Source of the DNA: a virus
Lineage: Duplodnaviria; Heunggongvirae; Uroviricota; Caudoviricetes
IMG/VR virus record: IMGVR_UViG_3300018481_000002
Span: 23,199-87,198 of that record
Strand: one strand, 5' to 3'
Length of the DNA stretch: 64,000 bases
Positions 52,775 through 60,288 of the stretch are shown piece by piece. How positions within the stretch are numbered: position 1 is the stretch's first letter; each line of letters begins with the position of its first letter. Both the position numbers and the translations under genes were made by a program. Under the pieces are notes generated by a model that was given only the letters and a program-made list of their open reading frames with translations, ran no database searches and was not told the origin of the DNA.

Positions 52775-52906
52775 AGCAGAATCCTTCCGAAGTGCAGCCG
52801 TTTGGTTGCTGGGCGCAACAAAATCGGCCGTTTATGTGCAGAAAAACGACCTCCCTCATGAGTCCACGGCGGGACATATGACTGGGTAGGTCATGGATAC
52901 CGAGCC

Positions 52907-53188
52907 TTAGGAGGCCATGAGGGCCTTCACGGCGGCGGGGTTGACGGTCCAGCCGGTCTCGGGGGTCCACTCCGAGACCCTGCCCATGCGGGAGTGGTCG
53001 ATGGTGACCAGGTCCCACTGGTCGGAGCGGCCCATCGGGGGCAGGTTGTTGGCGGCCCTGTAGGCGACCACCTCAGCGGTGGGGCCAGCGGTCACCTGGG
53101 CGGCGAGGTCCTGCATGTCCTTCTCGGACAGCCACATCTTGGTCAGGGAGTGCAGGGCGGACGTGGTGGTGCAGCGGACGGTGAACAT
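52907..53188 (-). CDS. hypothetical protein (93 aa)
   Basis: ORF track; GGCCTCCTGGGCC-type RBS region. Confidence 0.5.
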   Translation of the reverse strand: MFTVRCTTTSALHSLTKMWLSEKDMQDLAAQVTAGPTAEVVAYRAANNLPPMGRSDQWDLVTIDHSRMGRVSEWTPETGWTVNPAAVKALMAS

Positions 53189-53207
53189 GGGGCCTCCTGG
53201 GCCTCGG

Positions 53208-53232
53208 GGTCAGGGCCATAGTGGCCCTGACC
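53208..53232 (-). terminator. perfect 10-bp hairpin GGTCAGGGCC-atagt-GGCCCTGACC after 53321..53611; adjacent GGACCGGGCGGTCC palindrome
   Basis: seen directly. Confidence 0.45.
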
Positions 53233-53320
53233 TGGGATGATGGACCGGGCGGTCCAGGGGCGGCACCCCTCCCCGAGGAGGGATGCCGTCGAGTGCTGCC
53301 CGGGCCGTACTGGGGGTGGA

Positions 53321-53611
53321 TCAGAGGTGGCGACCCTGAGCCTTGAACTTCTTGACCGCCTTGGCCCACTGCTTGGCGGTGTAGTTGCCGCTACCACCCA
53401 ACTCGGCGGACAGGGTCTGACGGTGGGCCTTGGTCAGGCCGCCCAGGGGGTTGGCCTCGGCGCGGTTGATCCTGGCCGTGTAGCAGTGCTTCTTCGCGGC
53501 CTTGAGGCCCTTGGGCATCTTCTTGGCCTTCTTGGCCTTGGCCGGGACCAAGTCGAAGCCCATCTCCGCAGCCAGCGCCTGGAGGGCCTTCGTGTTCTGC
53601 TGCTTGCTCAT
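53321..53611 (-). CDS. small basic protein (96 aa), paralog of 50698..51012
   Basis: ORF trimmed to MSKQQNTKALQ; last gene of leftward block. Confidence 0.6.
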   Translation of the reverse strand: MSKQQNTKALQALAAEMGFDLVPAKAKKAKKMPKGLKAAKKHCYTARINRAEANPLGGLTKAHRQTLSAELGGSGNYTAKQWAKAVKKFKAQGRHL

Positions 53612-53874
53612 GGTGTGCCTTTCGTCGTGACTCGACCCGTTGTCGAATCTCGACCGGGTGTGACCCACCCTGTTCGACGGGAGTCTGCGCGAGCGACTTT
53701 CCGTGCCCCCCCGTTTTTCCATGGCTTTTTCACGAGGGGGATTCCATGGAACGCCACGTTCCCGCATACAGCGGAGCTACCTGGGCGTCCTACGTTCGCT
53801 TTGAACACGTGTTGGTATGTACATGGGCCCTCTATGCCCTCGTATGCATGTTCGATGCCGGTGTTCGATGGGGC

Positions 53875-53908
53875 ATTGGTGGGGGTATCCCCGTGTAATG
53901 TTCGGTTT
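53875..53908 (-). promoter_or_regulatory. conserved intergenic element, copy E (partial: ATTGGTGGGGGTATCCCCGTGTAATGTTCGGTTT)
   Basis: shares AAACCGAACA and CCCCCACC blocks with copies A-D. Confidence 0.4.
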
Positions 53909-53950
53909 GAGGGTTCGTGCGGAGCTCTTCGCTCAGGACGCTCGGTTCAT

Positions 53951-54110
53951 GGCCCGGCAGGTGCTAGGCATGGCTCGGTGTGGCGTGGTACGGCGTGGTG
54001 AGGTTGGGCTGGGCCCGGTAAGGCACGGCGTGTCACGGCAGTGCAAGGCGTGGCGAGGTAAGGCGAGGTCTGGCAGGGCGCGGCTCGGCACAGCAAGGCA
54101 AGGCGAGGAG
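53951..54110. repeat. pentanucleotide array 1: about 32 phased GGCNN/NNNGG units (tgtggcgtgg tacggcgtgg ... caaggcgagg)
   Basis: GG recurs every 5 nt across 160 nt; read directly. Confidence 0.6.
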
Positions 54111-54116
54111 AGAACG

Positions 54117-54275
54117 GTGACTGACTTCCCGGATCGGTGTTGGCGGTGTGGTCCTGGCGCGCAGTGGAAGCACTTCATGTCTGGGGTGTCTGGGGGTGGC
54201 TGGTTGTACGCGTACTGCGGGAAGTGCAGGCAGGTGACTCCTGTGGAGCTTCTTGACGGCCCAACCACCTCGTAG
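54117..54275 (+). CDS. possible 52-aa zinc-ribbon peptide (VTDFPDRCWRCG...CGKCRQVTPVELLDGPTTS)
   Basis: GTG preceded by GAGGAG; unique sequence between repeat arrays 1 and 2. Confidence 0.35.
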   Translation: MTDFPDRCWRCGPGAQWKHFMSGVSGGGWLYAYCGKCRQVTPVELLDGPTTS

Positions 54276-54296
54276 GTACATTCGAGGCTGTTTCGT

Positions 54297-54410
54297 TCAA
54301 GGCTGGGCCTGGTTCGGCTGGGCGCGGCTAGGCTGTGCGAGGCTCGGCAAGGCTCCGCCCGGCAGTGCTAGGCGTGGCTCGGTAGGGCTTGGCTCCGCAA
54401 GGCAAGGGTT
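54297..54410. repeat. pentanucleotide array 2 (ctgggcctgg ttcggctggg cgcggctagg ... caaggcaagg)
   Basis: same GGCNN phasing. Confidence 0.55.
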
Positions 54411-54438
54411 CTACACATACGACGCCTGTGGAGGCGAT

Positions 54439-54720
54439 GTGACGGCGACGATCTTGGAGACCGACGTTGACTGGTCGGTGCTGGAAGAAGTCGAGGAATG
54501 CTCCTCGTGCGAAGCGAACGAAGGTGCCTGTCCACGGGTACCCGCATGGTTGCAGGTCACAGCCTGTTGTGGGTTGGAGTGGCGGATCTGCGCTCCGTGC
54601 AAGGAAGCGAACCAGCGGGTGTGTGAGGACGGCGTCTGGAACAACTGGACGGCGCACTGTCCCGGTTGCGGGTGGCGTGGGGACGCCCATCACGGGATGG
54701 TGTGGTGGTTCCCCCTCTAG
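54439..54720 (+). CDS. possible 93-aa Cys-rich protein (..CSSCEANEGAC..CCGLEWRICAPC..CPGCGWRGDAHHGMVWWFPL)
   Basis: GTG after GGAGG (short spacing); unique sequence between arrays 2 and 3; start uncertain. Confidence 0.3.
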   Translation: MTATILETDVDWSVLEEVEECSSCEANEGACPRVPAWLQVTACCGLEWRICAPCKEANQRVCEDGVWNNWTAHCPGCGWRGDAHHGMVWWFPL

Positions 54721-54726
54721 GTTTTC

Positions 54727-54814
54727 GGGGCCAGGCGAGGTTTGGCGATGCTGGGCGATGCTTGGCGCGGCACCGCTGGGCGTGGTTGGGCAGGGCTTTG
54801 CGGGGCAAGGCACG
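54727..54814. repeat. pentanucleotide array 3
   Basis: ccaggcgagg tttggcgatg ctgggcgatg cttggcgcgg ... Confidence 0.5.
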
Positions 54815-54831
54815 GAAGCTTTATCCAGATC

Positions 54832-54859
54832 TTGTAAAGCGCCCTAAAGTTCATAAAGT
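54832..54859 (+). promoter_or_regulatory. sigma70-like promoter candidate TTGTAA-N16-TAAAGT in local AT-richer patch
   Basis: only low-GC stretch in region; 4/6 + 4/6 hexamer match. Confidence 0.2.
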
Positions 54860-54865
54860 CGTGGT

Positions 54866-54945
54866 CCGGCATGGCTCGGCGGTGCCAGGCATGGCGGAGC
54901 GAGGCTTGGCCAGGCAAGGTGGGGCTTGGTATGGCAAGGCAAGGG
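54866..54945. repeat. pentanucleotide array 4 (16 consecutive GGCNN units)
   Basis: ggcat ggctc ggcgg tgcca ggcat ggcgg agcga ggctt ggcca ggcaa ... Confidence 0.55.
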
Positions 54946-54988
54946 CTCAACTACACATAGGCCGGGCTGGCGGCTAACCCAGACATAC

Positions 54989-55180
54989 ATGAAGAACTGG
55001 TCGTTCCACTCCTGCATCCTCGATTCAGACTGCCGTCGATACGGGGCACCCAAGAGGTTCAACTTCGTCACACCCTGGGGTGGCTGGGATGTGGCCCTCG
55101 CACCCGGGTCCCGGTTCGTTGAACGGTCGGGTCGAGTGCGTTGGGTGTCCCGGATCCCTAAGAAGACGCGCCAGGGCTAG
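54989..55180 (+). CDS. possible 63-aa peptide (MKNWSFHSCILDSDCRRYG...)
   Basis: ATG in unique sequence between arrays 4 and 5; contains GGGTGTCCCGGATCC palindrome; speculative. Confidence 0.3.
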   Translation: MKNWSFHSCILDSDCRRYGAPKRFNFVTPWGGWDVALAPGSRFVERSGRVRWVSRIPKKTRQG

Positions 55181-55241
55181 GCACGGGCATGGCAAGTCTC
55201 GGCATGGTGTGGCCGGGCAGGGCAAAGCTGGGCAAGGCGAG
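55173..55241. repeat. pentanucleotide array 5
   Basis: ggctaggcacgggcatggcaagtctcggcatggtgtggccgggcagggcaaagctgggcaaggcgagg. Confidence 0.5.
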
Positions 55242-55249
55242 GGAGTGAC

Positions 55250-55495
55250 ATGAGGGACCTGGTTCGTTGGCTGTGGGAGTCCACCTCCACGACGGAGCGG
55301 GTTCTCATGCTGGCGTTGGGGTTGTGCCTGTCGGTGATGGCGGTCGCGTTGCTGGTTGGGTTGATTTCGGCGGTTTCAAGTTCACCTGACGGGGTATCCC
55401 CAAAATTGGTACCCCACACACGGGTCGAGCAGGTGTACGATCCAAGTACCGCGCCCCCCACCACGCGGTCACCACTGGATGAGGAGCATCCATGA
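55250..55495 (+). CDS. small membrane protein (81 aa), first gene of rightward block
   Basis: ORF track; GAGGGAG RBS; TM segment VLMLALGLCLSVMAVALLVGLISAV. Confidence 0.6.
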   Translation: MRDLVRWLWESTSTTERVLMLALGLCLSVMAVALLVGLISAVSSSPDGVSPKLVPHTRVEQVYDPSTAPPTTRSPLDEEHP

Positions 55496-55767
55496 ACCAA
55501 GAACCCCCCACCCACATCGAAGCCATCTGGTACTCCACAGTCGACAACGCCACCTACGAAGCCTGGGTCGAACGCACCGGACCCTACGACGGCGAACTCG
55601 TCGTCGCCCGAGTCCGAGGCCACGAGATCCACCGCGAACCAACCAAGCTCGCCTTCGGAGCCATCTACGGCCCAGACGTAGACGACGTCGCCACCTGGCA
55701 ACACCGCGTCTGCAACATCATCGACACCATCGCCAAACTCGAAGACGTCCAAGCACACAACCAGTAG
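55492..55767 (+). CDS. hypothetical protein (91 aa)
   Basis: ORF track; ATGA coupling. Confidence 0.6.
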   Translation: MNQEPPTHIEAIWYSTVDNATYEAWVERTGPYDGELVVARVRGHEIHREPTKLAFGAIYGPDVDDVATWQHRVCNIIDTIAKLEDVQAHNQ

Positions 55768-55777
55768 AGGGGGCCAC

Positions 55778-56119
55778 ATGGCCGTCGCATCCCGCAAGTT
55801 CCAGCAAGACATGGAACGCCTGTACGAACAGATGAAAGCCGGAGAAGCCCTCGACCAAGCACGTGCAGCCAAACAAGCACGCACACTCGCAGGCCACACC
55901 ACCCCCCAAGCCACAGCCGCCAAGTACGCCAAGAGCGTCAAAGGCATGCACCCCCAACACGTCTGGCCCACCGCCCAAGTCCTAGACGAACTCACCGAAC
56001 CACCAACCACCCCCCTCCAAATCATGGCCTCCTGCGAACCAGACGACTTCCAAGACAGCGAATGGGAAACCCTCTTCCCCGCCGCAAACTACCCCTACGT
56101 CCAAAAGTACGCACCATAA
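55778..56119 (+). CDS. hypothetical protein (113 aa)
   Basis: ORF track; GAGGGGG RBS. Confidence 0.6.
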   Translation: MAVASRKFQQDMERLYEQMKAGEALDQARAAKQARTLAGHTTPQATAAKYAKSVKGMHPQHVWPTAQVLDELTEPPTTPLQIMASCEPDDFQDSEWETLFPAANYPYVQKYAP

Positions 56120-56316
56120 TGGCCAACCTCAAAAACATGGAACCCGGCCCCAGCTACGACGACGGCAACGTCTATGTCTACGACGACAACACCACCGGCG
56201 ACATCCTCCACATAAAAGACGGCCACGTCATCGCCAAAATCAGGACGAAGGTCCTGCAAAACCCCGGAAATGTGCAAAACCCGGCCTGGAAAATCGCGTC
56301 GAGCGCTACGCGCTAA
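56119..56316 (+). CDS. hypothetical small protein (65 aa)
   Basis: ATG in TAATG overlap; within ORF 56062..56316. Confidence 0.5.
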   Translation: MANLKNMEPGPSYDDGNVYVYDDNTTGDILHIKDGHVIAKIRTKVLQNPGNVQNPAWKIASSATR

Positions 56317-56343
56317 GTAACAACGAAAAGGGGGCCCCGCCGA

Positions 56344-56547
56344 ATGTTCGAAATCGACGAGCTAGGCGAACACATCGGAAAGTTCGCAGGCATGCTCCGC
56401 TGCAACACCTGCGGAGACACCGAACTACTCCACAACGGCGACCACGGGCGCTACCTCAAATCAGGCTGGCCCACCTGCCACGGCCACACCATGCAATGGT
56501 GGACTCAAGCCCAGATCGACGCCGGAGAGATGCCCAATGTGCCGTGA
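56344..56547 (+). CDS. zinc-binding small protein (67 aa)
   Basis: ORF track; CNTCGD..CHGH. Confidence 0.55.
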   Translation: MFEIDELGEHIGKFAGMLRCNTCGDTELLHNGDHGRYLKSGWPTCHGHTMQWWTQAQIDAGEMPNVP

Positions 56548-56647
56548 CGGCTTCCGCGAAACCTGTGCCGAATGCGGACGCGAGATCACCTGCCGCGACG
56601 ACTACCCCGTCTGCGAAAGCTGCCTAGGACTCGAAGGCCCCTGGTGA
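56537..56647 (+). CDS. possible 36-aa zinc-ribbon peptide (MCRDGFRETCAECGREITCRDDYPVCESCLGLEGPW)
   Basis: unlisted ORF overlapping previous stop. Confidence 0.3.
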   Translation: MCRDGFRETCAECGREITCRDDYPVCESCLGLEGPW

Positions 56648-56820
56648 GACGCATGCTGTGGGTGTCCCTCACCTACGCCACCTACGGCATCGAGTTCCAA
56701 GACGGCACCTGTGTGGCCGCCGCGCCCATCGCCCACTGGATGATCGGCAAACCCGAACACACCATCATGGCCTGGCTCTTCAAAAAGAACGCCCGTCTAG
56801 TTTGGCTGGAGGACGCATGA
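56644..56820 (+). CDS. hypothetical small protein (about 58 aa)
   Basis: GTG at 56644 in GTGA overlap; frame of ORF 56572..56820 minus Arg-rich lead. Confidence 0.4.
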   Translation: MRRMLWVSLTYATYGIEFQDGTCVAAAPIAHWMIGKPEHTIMAWLFKKNARLVWLEDA

Positions 56821-56942
56821 CAGAAGAAACTTACGTAGACCCAGAGACCGGCAAGATCGTCGCCCCGCCCGGCACGAAGCTCATCGCAGAAACCCTCTGG
56901 GGCAAGGCGTTCGTGGAGCAGTACTTCCAGGAGGACGAATGA
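56817..56942 (+). CDS. hypothetical 41-aa peptide
   Basis: ATGA coupling; frame of ORF 56658..56942. Confidence 0.4.
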   Translation: MTEETYVDPETGKIVAPPGTKLIAETLWGKAFVEQYFQEDE

Positions 56943-57028
56943 GGTTGATCAAGAGGTACAAGTGGACCATCACCTTGGCGGTCGTCCTCGCGCTGCTCCT
57001 GGCCTGGGTCGTGTTCCAACCCTCTTGA
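56939..57028 (+). CDS. possible 29-aa membrane peptide
   Basis: ATGA coupling; MRLIKRYKWTITLAVVLALLLAWVVFQPS. Confidence 0.25.
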   Translation: MRLIKRYKWTITLAVVLALLLAWVVFQPS

Positions 57029-57073
57029 CAGAGGGTACAGAATAGAGGTTCGACCCTTGGAAGGAGGGACACC

Positions 57074-57274
57074 ATGAAGATGAAGAACGAGACCTACGAG
57101 ATGCACACCCACCTGGAGTACGGCTACGCCGAGAACTGCCCCGGTTGCGAGACCACGAAGGAAGACTTCAGCCGGTCCCTCATCCAGGACGCGGATCCAG
57201 CTGTGACTCGGAAAATTGCTGGAGAACAGGCAGAGCGTTGGGCGGGAACCCTCGCTATCCTGGCTGCTAGCTAG
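57074..57274 (+). CDS. hypothetical small protein (66 aa)
   Basis: ORF track; GGAAGGAGGG RBS. Confidence 0.6.
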   Translation: MKMKNETYEMHTHLEYGYAENCPGCETTKEDFSRSLIQDADPAVTRKIAGEQAERWAGTLAILAAS

Positions 57275-57373
57275 ACGTCCGTCGTTCACCCGTGACGGTC
57301 GGGTCAACTCAGGGAAACGGGTGTGGTGGAAGCGCAGTCCGCAGGTCCAGCCACGTACCAGCAGACGCGCCCC

Positions 57374-57420
57374 AGGGGCCGAACTTCTCCGCCGAGAGGT
57401 TCGGCCCCATTCCATTTCTG
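57374..57420 (+). terminator. rho-independent terminator: 10-bp stem GGGGCCGAAC-N14-GTTCGGCCCC then ATTCCATTTCTGTGT
   Basis: perfect stem plus T-rich tail. Confidence 0.55.
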
Positions 57421-57449
57421 TGTATAGTTCAAGTTGACGCGACACTGAC

Positions 57450-57523
57450 GCGCTGGTAGCCCAACGGCAGAGGCAAAGTGCTCAAACCACTTCCAGGTGC
57501 GGGTTCGAATCCCGCGCAGCGCA
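57450..57523 (+). tRNA. tRNA, anticodon CAA (Leu by anticodon) but short variable loop
   Basis: T-arm GCGGG-TTCGAAT-CCCGC; anticodon arm AAGTG-CTCAAAC-CACTT; acceptor GCGCTGG/GCAGCGC (one G:G); U8, A14, G18G19 present; no encoded CCA. Confidence 0.6.
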
Positions 57524-57649
57524 CATGACATTCAGGTGCAACTGCGCGTGGCCCATGAAGCCCGTGTGCCGCCTAGACGAATGGTTCCACCACCGAAACC
57601 GCACGGTCCGTTGGCTGTGCGACTGGCACGACCGATACATCCAGGGGGA

Positions 57650-57922
57650 ATGATGAAGACCGTCTACAAGTACGTCCTAGACGAGACAGAGCAGAAGGTG
57701 AAGACCTTCGAAGGTGTGCGTTTCCTGCACGTTGCCAACCAGCATGGCGACATCACCGTCTGGGCGGAAGTCGAAACGGAGCGGCCTGAGTGCATGACCG
57801 TGCTGTACGTCGTCGGCACAGGTGAAGAGGTACCAGACGGGGCGACCACGTACATCGGGTCTGCACTCATGGCCAGCGGCAACTTCGTGTTCCACATCTA
57901 CCAGGGAGACGAAGTTGTTTGA
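57650..57922 (+). CDS. hypothetical protein (90 aa)
   Basis: ATGATG after CAGGGGG RBS; frame of ORF 57497..57922. Confidence 0.6.
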   Translation: MMKTVYKYVLDETEQKVKTFEGVRFLHVANQHGDITVWAEVETERPECMTVLYVVGTGEEVPDGATTYIGSALMASGNFVFHIYQGDEVV

Positions 57923-58037
57923 CGACCACGACTGCCAGGTCCCCGAGGCCACCCGCGAAGGCCGTTGGCAGTGCCCCATCTGTGGAGAGCCCTGGTACAC
58001 CGCGTTCGCTAAGCACCTGAAGGAAGAGGAAGCGTGA
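57915..58037 (+). CDS. possible 40-aa zinc-ribbon peptide (..WQCPICGEPWYTAFAKHLKEEEA)
   Basis: TTG start; frame of ORF 57822..58037. Confidence 0.3.
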   Translation: MFDDHDCQVPEATREGRWQCPICGEPWYTAFAKHLKEEEA

Positions 58038-58249
58038 CCAACGGAAAAGACTGGCCTACCGTCCAGGACAAACTGGACAGGATCCTCCAGTGCGAGACCG
58101 ACCTCAACGAGGCCAAGTACGAGTTCAAGAGAGCAGTCCTCGCCGCCCATGAGGCAGGGGCTTCCTGGGGTGACATTGCCTCCATCCTCGGTGTTTCACG
58201 CCAAGCGGCGTGGCAACGCTTCGGGCTCCCAACTACGGGAGAACATTGA
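58034..58249 (+). CDS. putative helix-turn-helix DNA-binding protein (71 aa)
   Basis: GASWGDIASILGVSRQAAWQRFG resembles HTH; GTGA overlap start. Confidence 0.5.
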   Translation: MTNGKDWPTVQDKLDRILQCETDLNEAKYEFKRAVLAAHEAGASWGDIASILGVSRQAAWQRFGLPTTGEH

Positions 58250-58261
58250 CGCCATGGGGAG

Positions 58262-58486
58262 ATGTCGACGCCCGCCGAGAGGCTGGTACTGCAACAGGAA
58301 ACGCGGACACTACGGGTCCTGCCCGACGCGTCCTCGCTGGTACAAGAAGGTCAGGCACTCGATGACAGGGACGTGGTACTGATGTGGATGCTCGTCGTAG
58401 GAGCGGTCATGGCGGTGGGCGGTCTGGTCGTTTTCGTGACGGTTGGTCTTGACCTCTTGGGTGACCTGACCGATAGACCTGCATGA
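58262..58486 (+). CDS. possible small membrane protein (74 aa)
   Basis: ORF track; ATGA coupling to GH16 gene supports it; competing frame 58254..58382 is Arg-rich. Confidence 0.4.
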   Translation: MSTPAERLVLQQETRTLRVLPDASSLVQEGQALDDRDVVLMWMLVVGAVMAVGGLVVFVTVGLDLLGDLTDRPA

Positions 58487-59409
58487 GACTGGTCATCACG
58501 CCTCCGATTCCCAAGATGCGGGGTGCGTTGATCACCGGGATCCCAGGGCAACCTGTCACTGTCCAGAAGAAGGTCAAGGGCGAGTGGAAGGCCCACGTCA
58601 AGGGGTTGACCGGTGAACCCGGGCCCGAGGGTGGCGTCTTCCACTTCAACGCCTCCTCCAGCAAGTACCGCGCCAAAGTCGATGGTGGAGACTGGGTCTA
58701 CGCCCACGCGACAGCTGCGAACCGGAAGTTCGCCGACCCGTTCGTAACTCTGGATGCGACTAAATGGTCGACGAGGGGAACTGCCTATCTACCAGGGAAC
58801 TCTGACTCAGTCAGGGCAGATCCGTCCGCTGCGGTCGTTCAGGACGGACGTCTGAAACTGCGTGTCCTCCACGACCCTGACGGACAGACCTCCGACTCGT
58901 ACTTGACCGGCCACATCGGAACCAAGGGGAAGTTCGAGTTCACGTACGGCTGGGCTGCTGCCCGCATGAAGTTCCACGAACTCAAGGGTGCCCATGGCTG
59001 CTTCTGGTTGCAGACCACCACGGACTACCTCCCAGGCCAGGCTGAGATCGACGTAGCCGAGTTCTTCGGTGATGACCCGACGTACAAGAACCCGCTACGC
59101 AACGACCGGGTGTGGCACTCCGTCTACTGGCGCGACCACATCGACCAGGTTGAGCTCGGCATGATGAACGCGCAGACCTACGTCGGTGACGCGCAGGACT
59201 GGCACACGTACGCCGTGCAGTGGTACCCGGAGGGCTACGACTTCTGGGTGGACGGCATCTACTCACACACGCTTACTGGTGGGTTGAGCGATCAGCCGAA
59301 GTTCCTCGTACTTTCGATGCTCGTCCGAAACTGGGAGTTGGACGATATCTCGGGGCAGTCGTTGGACTCGTACGAGACTCAGGTGGAGTGGGTTCGGGTC
59401 TGGCAGTGA
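58483..59409 (+). CDS. GH16-family glycoside hydrolase (beta-glucanase/laminarinase-like jelly-roll)
   Basis: catalytic ExDxxE as AEIDVAEF; GWAAARMKF; 308 aa. Confidence 0.7.
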   Translation: MRLVITPPIPKMRGALITGIPGQPVTVQKKVKGEWKAHVKGLTGEPGPEGGVFHFNASSSKYRAKVDGGDWVYAHATAANRKFADPFVTLDATKWSTRGTAYLPGNSDSVRADPSAAVVQDGRLKLRVLHDPDGQTSDSYLTGHIGTKGKFEFTYGWAAARMKFHELKGAHGCFWLQTTTDYLPGQAEIDVAEFFGDDPTYKNPLRNDRVWHSVYWRDHIDQVELGMMNAQTYVGDAQDWHTYAVQWYPEGYDFWVDGIYSHTLTGGLSDQPKFLVLSMLVRNWELDDISGQSLDSYETQVEWVRVWQ

Positions 59410-59440
59410 CAACCTTGACAGGGGTCGTTACTATGTTCGA

Positions 59441-59743
59441 ATGGATTGGATCGACAACCCTCGACTGACCTCCGAGGAGAAGATGGGGCGGTTCAAGGCG
59501 CTAGGTCCAGAGAGGACCACGGCAATGATCAAGAGGTGGAACGAGGGCGTGCTCGCAGACTGGGAGCGAGAGCTTCTCGGTGGCAACGAGTACGACGTTG
59601 ACCAGGAGATCCGGTATGCCGCCATGTACGACCGTTTGAAGCGGTTGAAGGACCCGAAGCACGTGGACTTCTACGGGGTCAAGGTCAACCCTGAGCACCG
59701 CAGTGACCCACTGATGTGGGACTGGCCGGGAGGAGAGCAGTGA
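59441..59743 (+). CDS. hypothetical protein (100 aa)
   Basis: ORF track. Confidence 0.6.
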   Translation: MDWIDNPRLTSEEKMGRFKALGPERTTAMIKRWNEGVLADWERELLGGNEYDVDQEIRYAAMYDRLKRLKDPKHVDFYGVKVNPEHRSDPLMWDWPGGEQ

Positions 59744-59901
59744 AGAGAGAAGACGGGATGGTCTTCGTGACCAGGAGCGACCGTGGGTATGCCTGCGTCG
59801 AGTGGGGCACCGAGGTCGTCTGGCGAACGTTGAAGGACGAGAAGGAAGCACTGTCTTGGGCTGACCAGGCGAACGCGAATGCTTACTTCAGCCGTAAGTG
59901 A
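59740..59901 (+). CDS. hypothetical small protein (about 53 aa)
   Basis: GTG in GTGA overlap; frame of ORF 59716..59901. Confidence 0.45.
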   Translation: MKREDGMVFVTRSDRGYACVEWGTEVVWRTLKDEKEALSWADQANANAYFSRK

Positions 59902-60016
59902 AGCGGTCGTGGTGCCGAAGGTGTGTGACTGCACCTGCGGTTGCCAGTTGGATGCGGTGATCCTCACCCAGACCAACAAGCTTCGGTGCCCCCGCTGTTA
60001 CATGTTAGGGAGTGGA

Positions 60017-60151
60017 CATGACAAGAAATTTGGATGAGCAGATGTTGCGTGCCGATGGGGACGAGAACTGTCCCCACGACGCGAAGATCACTTTGATGTT
60101 CGGTGAGACAGAGTGTTTGGAGTGTGGACGCGTCGATCTGGTGGTTGAGTG
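60017..60151 (+). CDS. 44-aa zinc-ribbon peptide (..CPHDAKITLMFGETECLECG..)
   Basis: GGGAG RBS then ATG. Confidence 0.45.
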
Positions 60152-60288
60152 AATAGCCGTTGCGTGTACTGCGACCGGCTCATCGTGATGATGTGCCGGA
60201 AAAACACCCCGTACTGCTCCGCCCTCTGCGAAGAGGCGCATGACCCTGAGGCCTGGGCGGAGAAGACGAAGAGGGAGCCGTTGTGAGG
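60148..60288 (+). CDS. 46-aa zinc-ribbon peptide (VNSRCVYCDRLIVMMCRKNTPYCSALCEE..)
   Basis: GTGA overlaps at both ends. Confidence 0.4.

Noticed and set aside
53817-54720. Long plus ORFs 53817-54275 and 54253-54720, and minus ORFs 53933-54281 and 54328-54813, across the repeat arrays
   Set aside because: Most of their length is translation of the GGCNN repeats, giving Ala/Arg/Gly/Leu/Pro low complexity. Only the unique inter-array parts were kept, as short candidate ORFs.
53951-55241. Possible CRISPR array
   Set aside because: The repeat units are 5 nt and degenerate. There are no 25-40-nt direct repeats separated by unique fixed-length spacers, and no cas genes.
55177-56025. 282-aa minus-strand ORF across the first plus-strand genes
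   Set aside because: It is antisense to coupled plus-strand genes that have RBSs. It is Val/Gly/Ala/Asp-rich low complexity.
58254-58382. Alternative 42-aa frame (MGRCRRPPRGWYCNRKRGHYGSC...) overlapping 58262-58486
   Set aside because: It is Arg-rich. The competing frame has a TM-like segment and an ATGA junction with the GH16 gene, so that frame was kept at low confidence.
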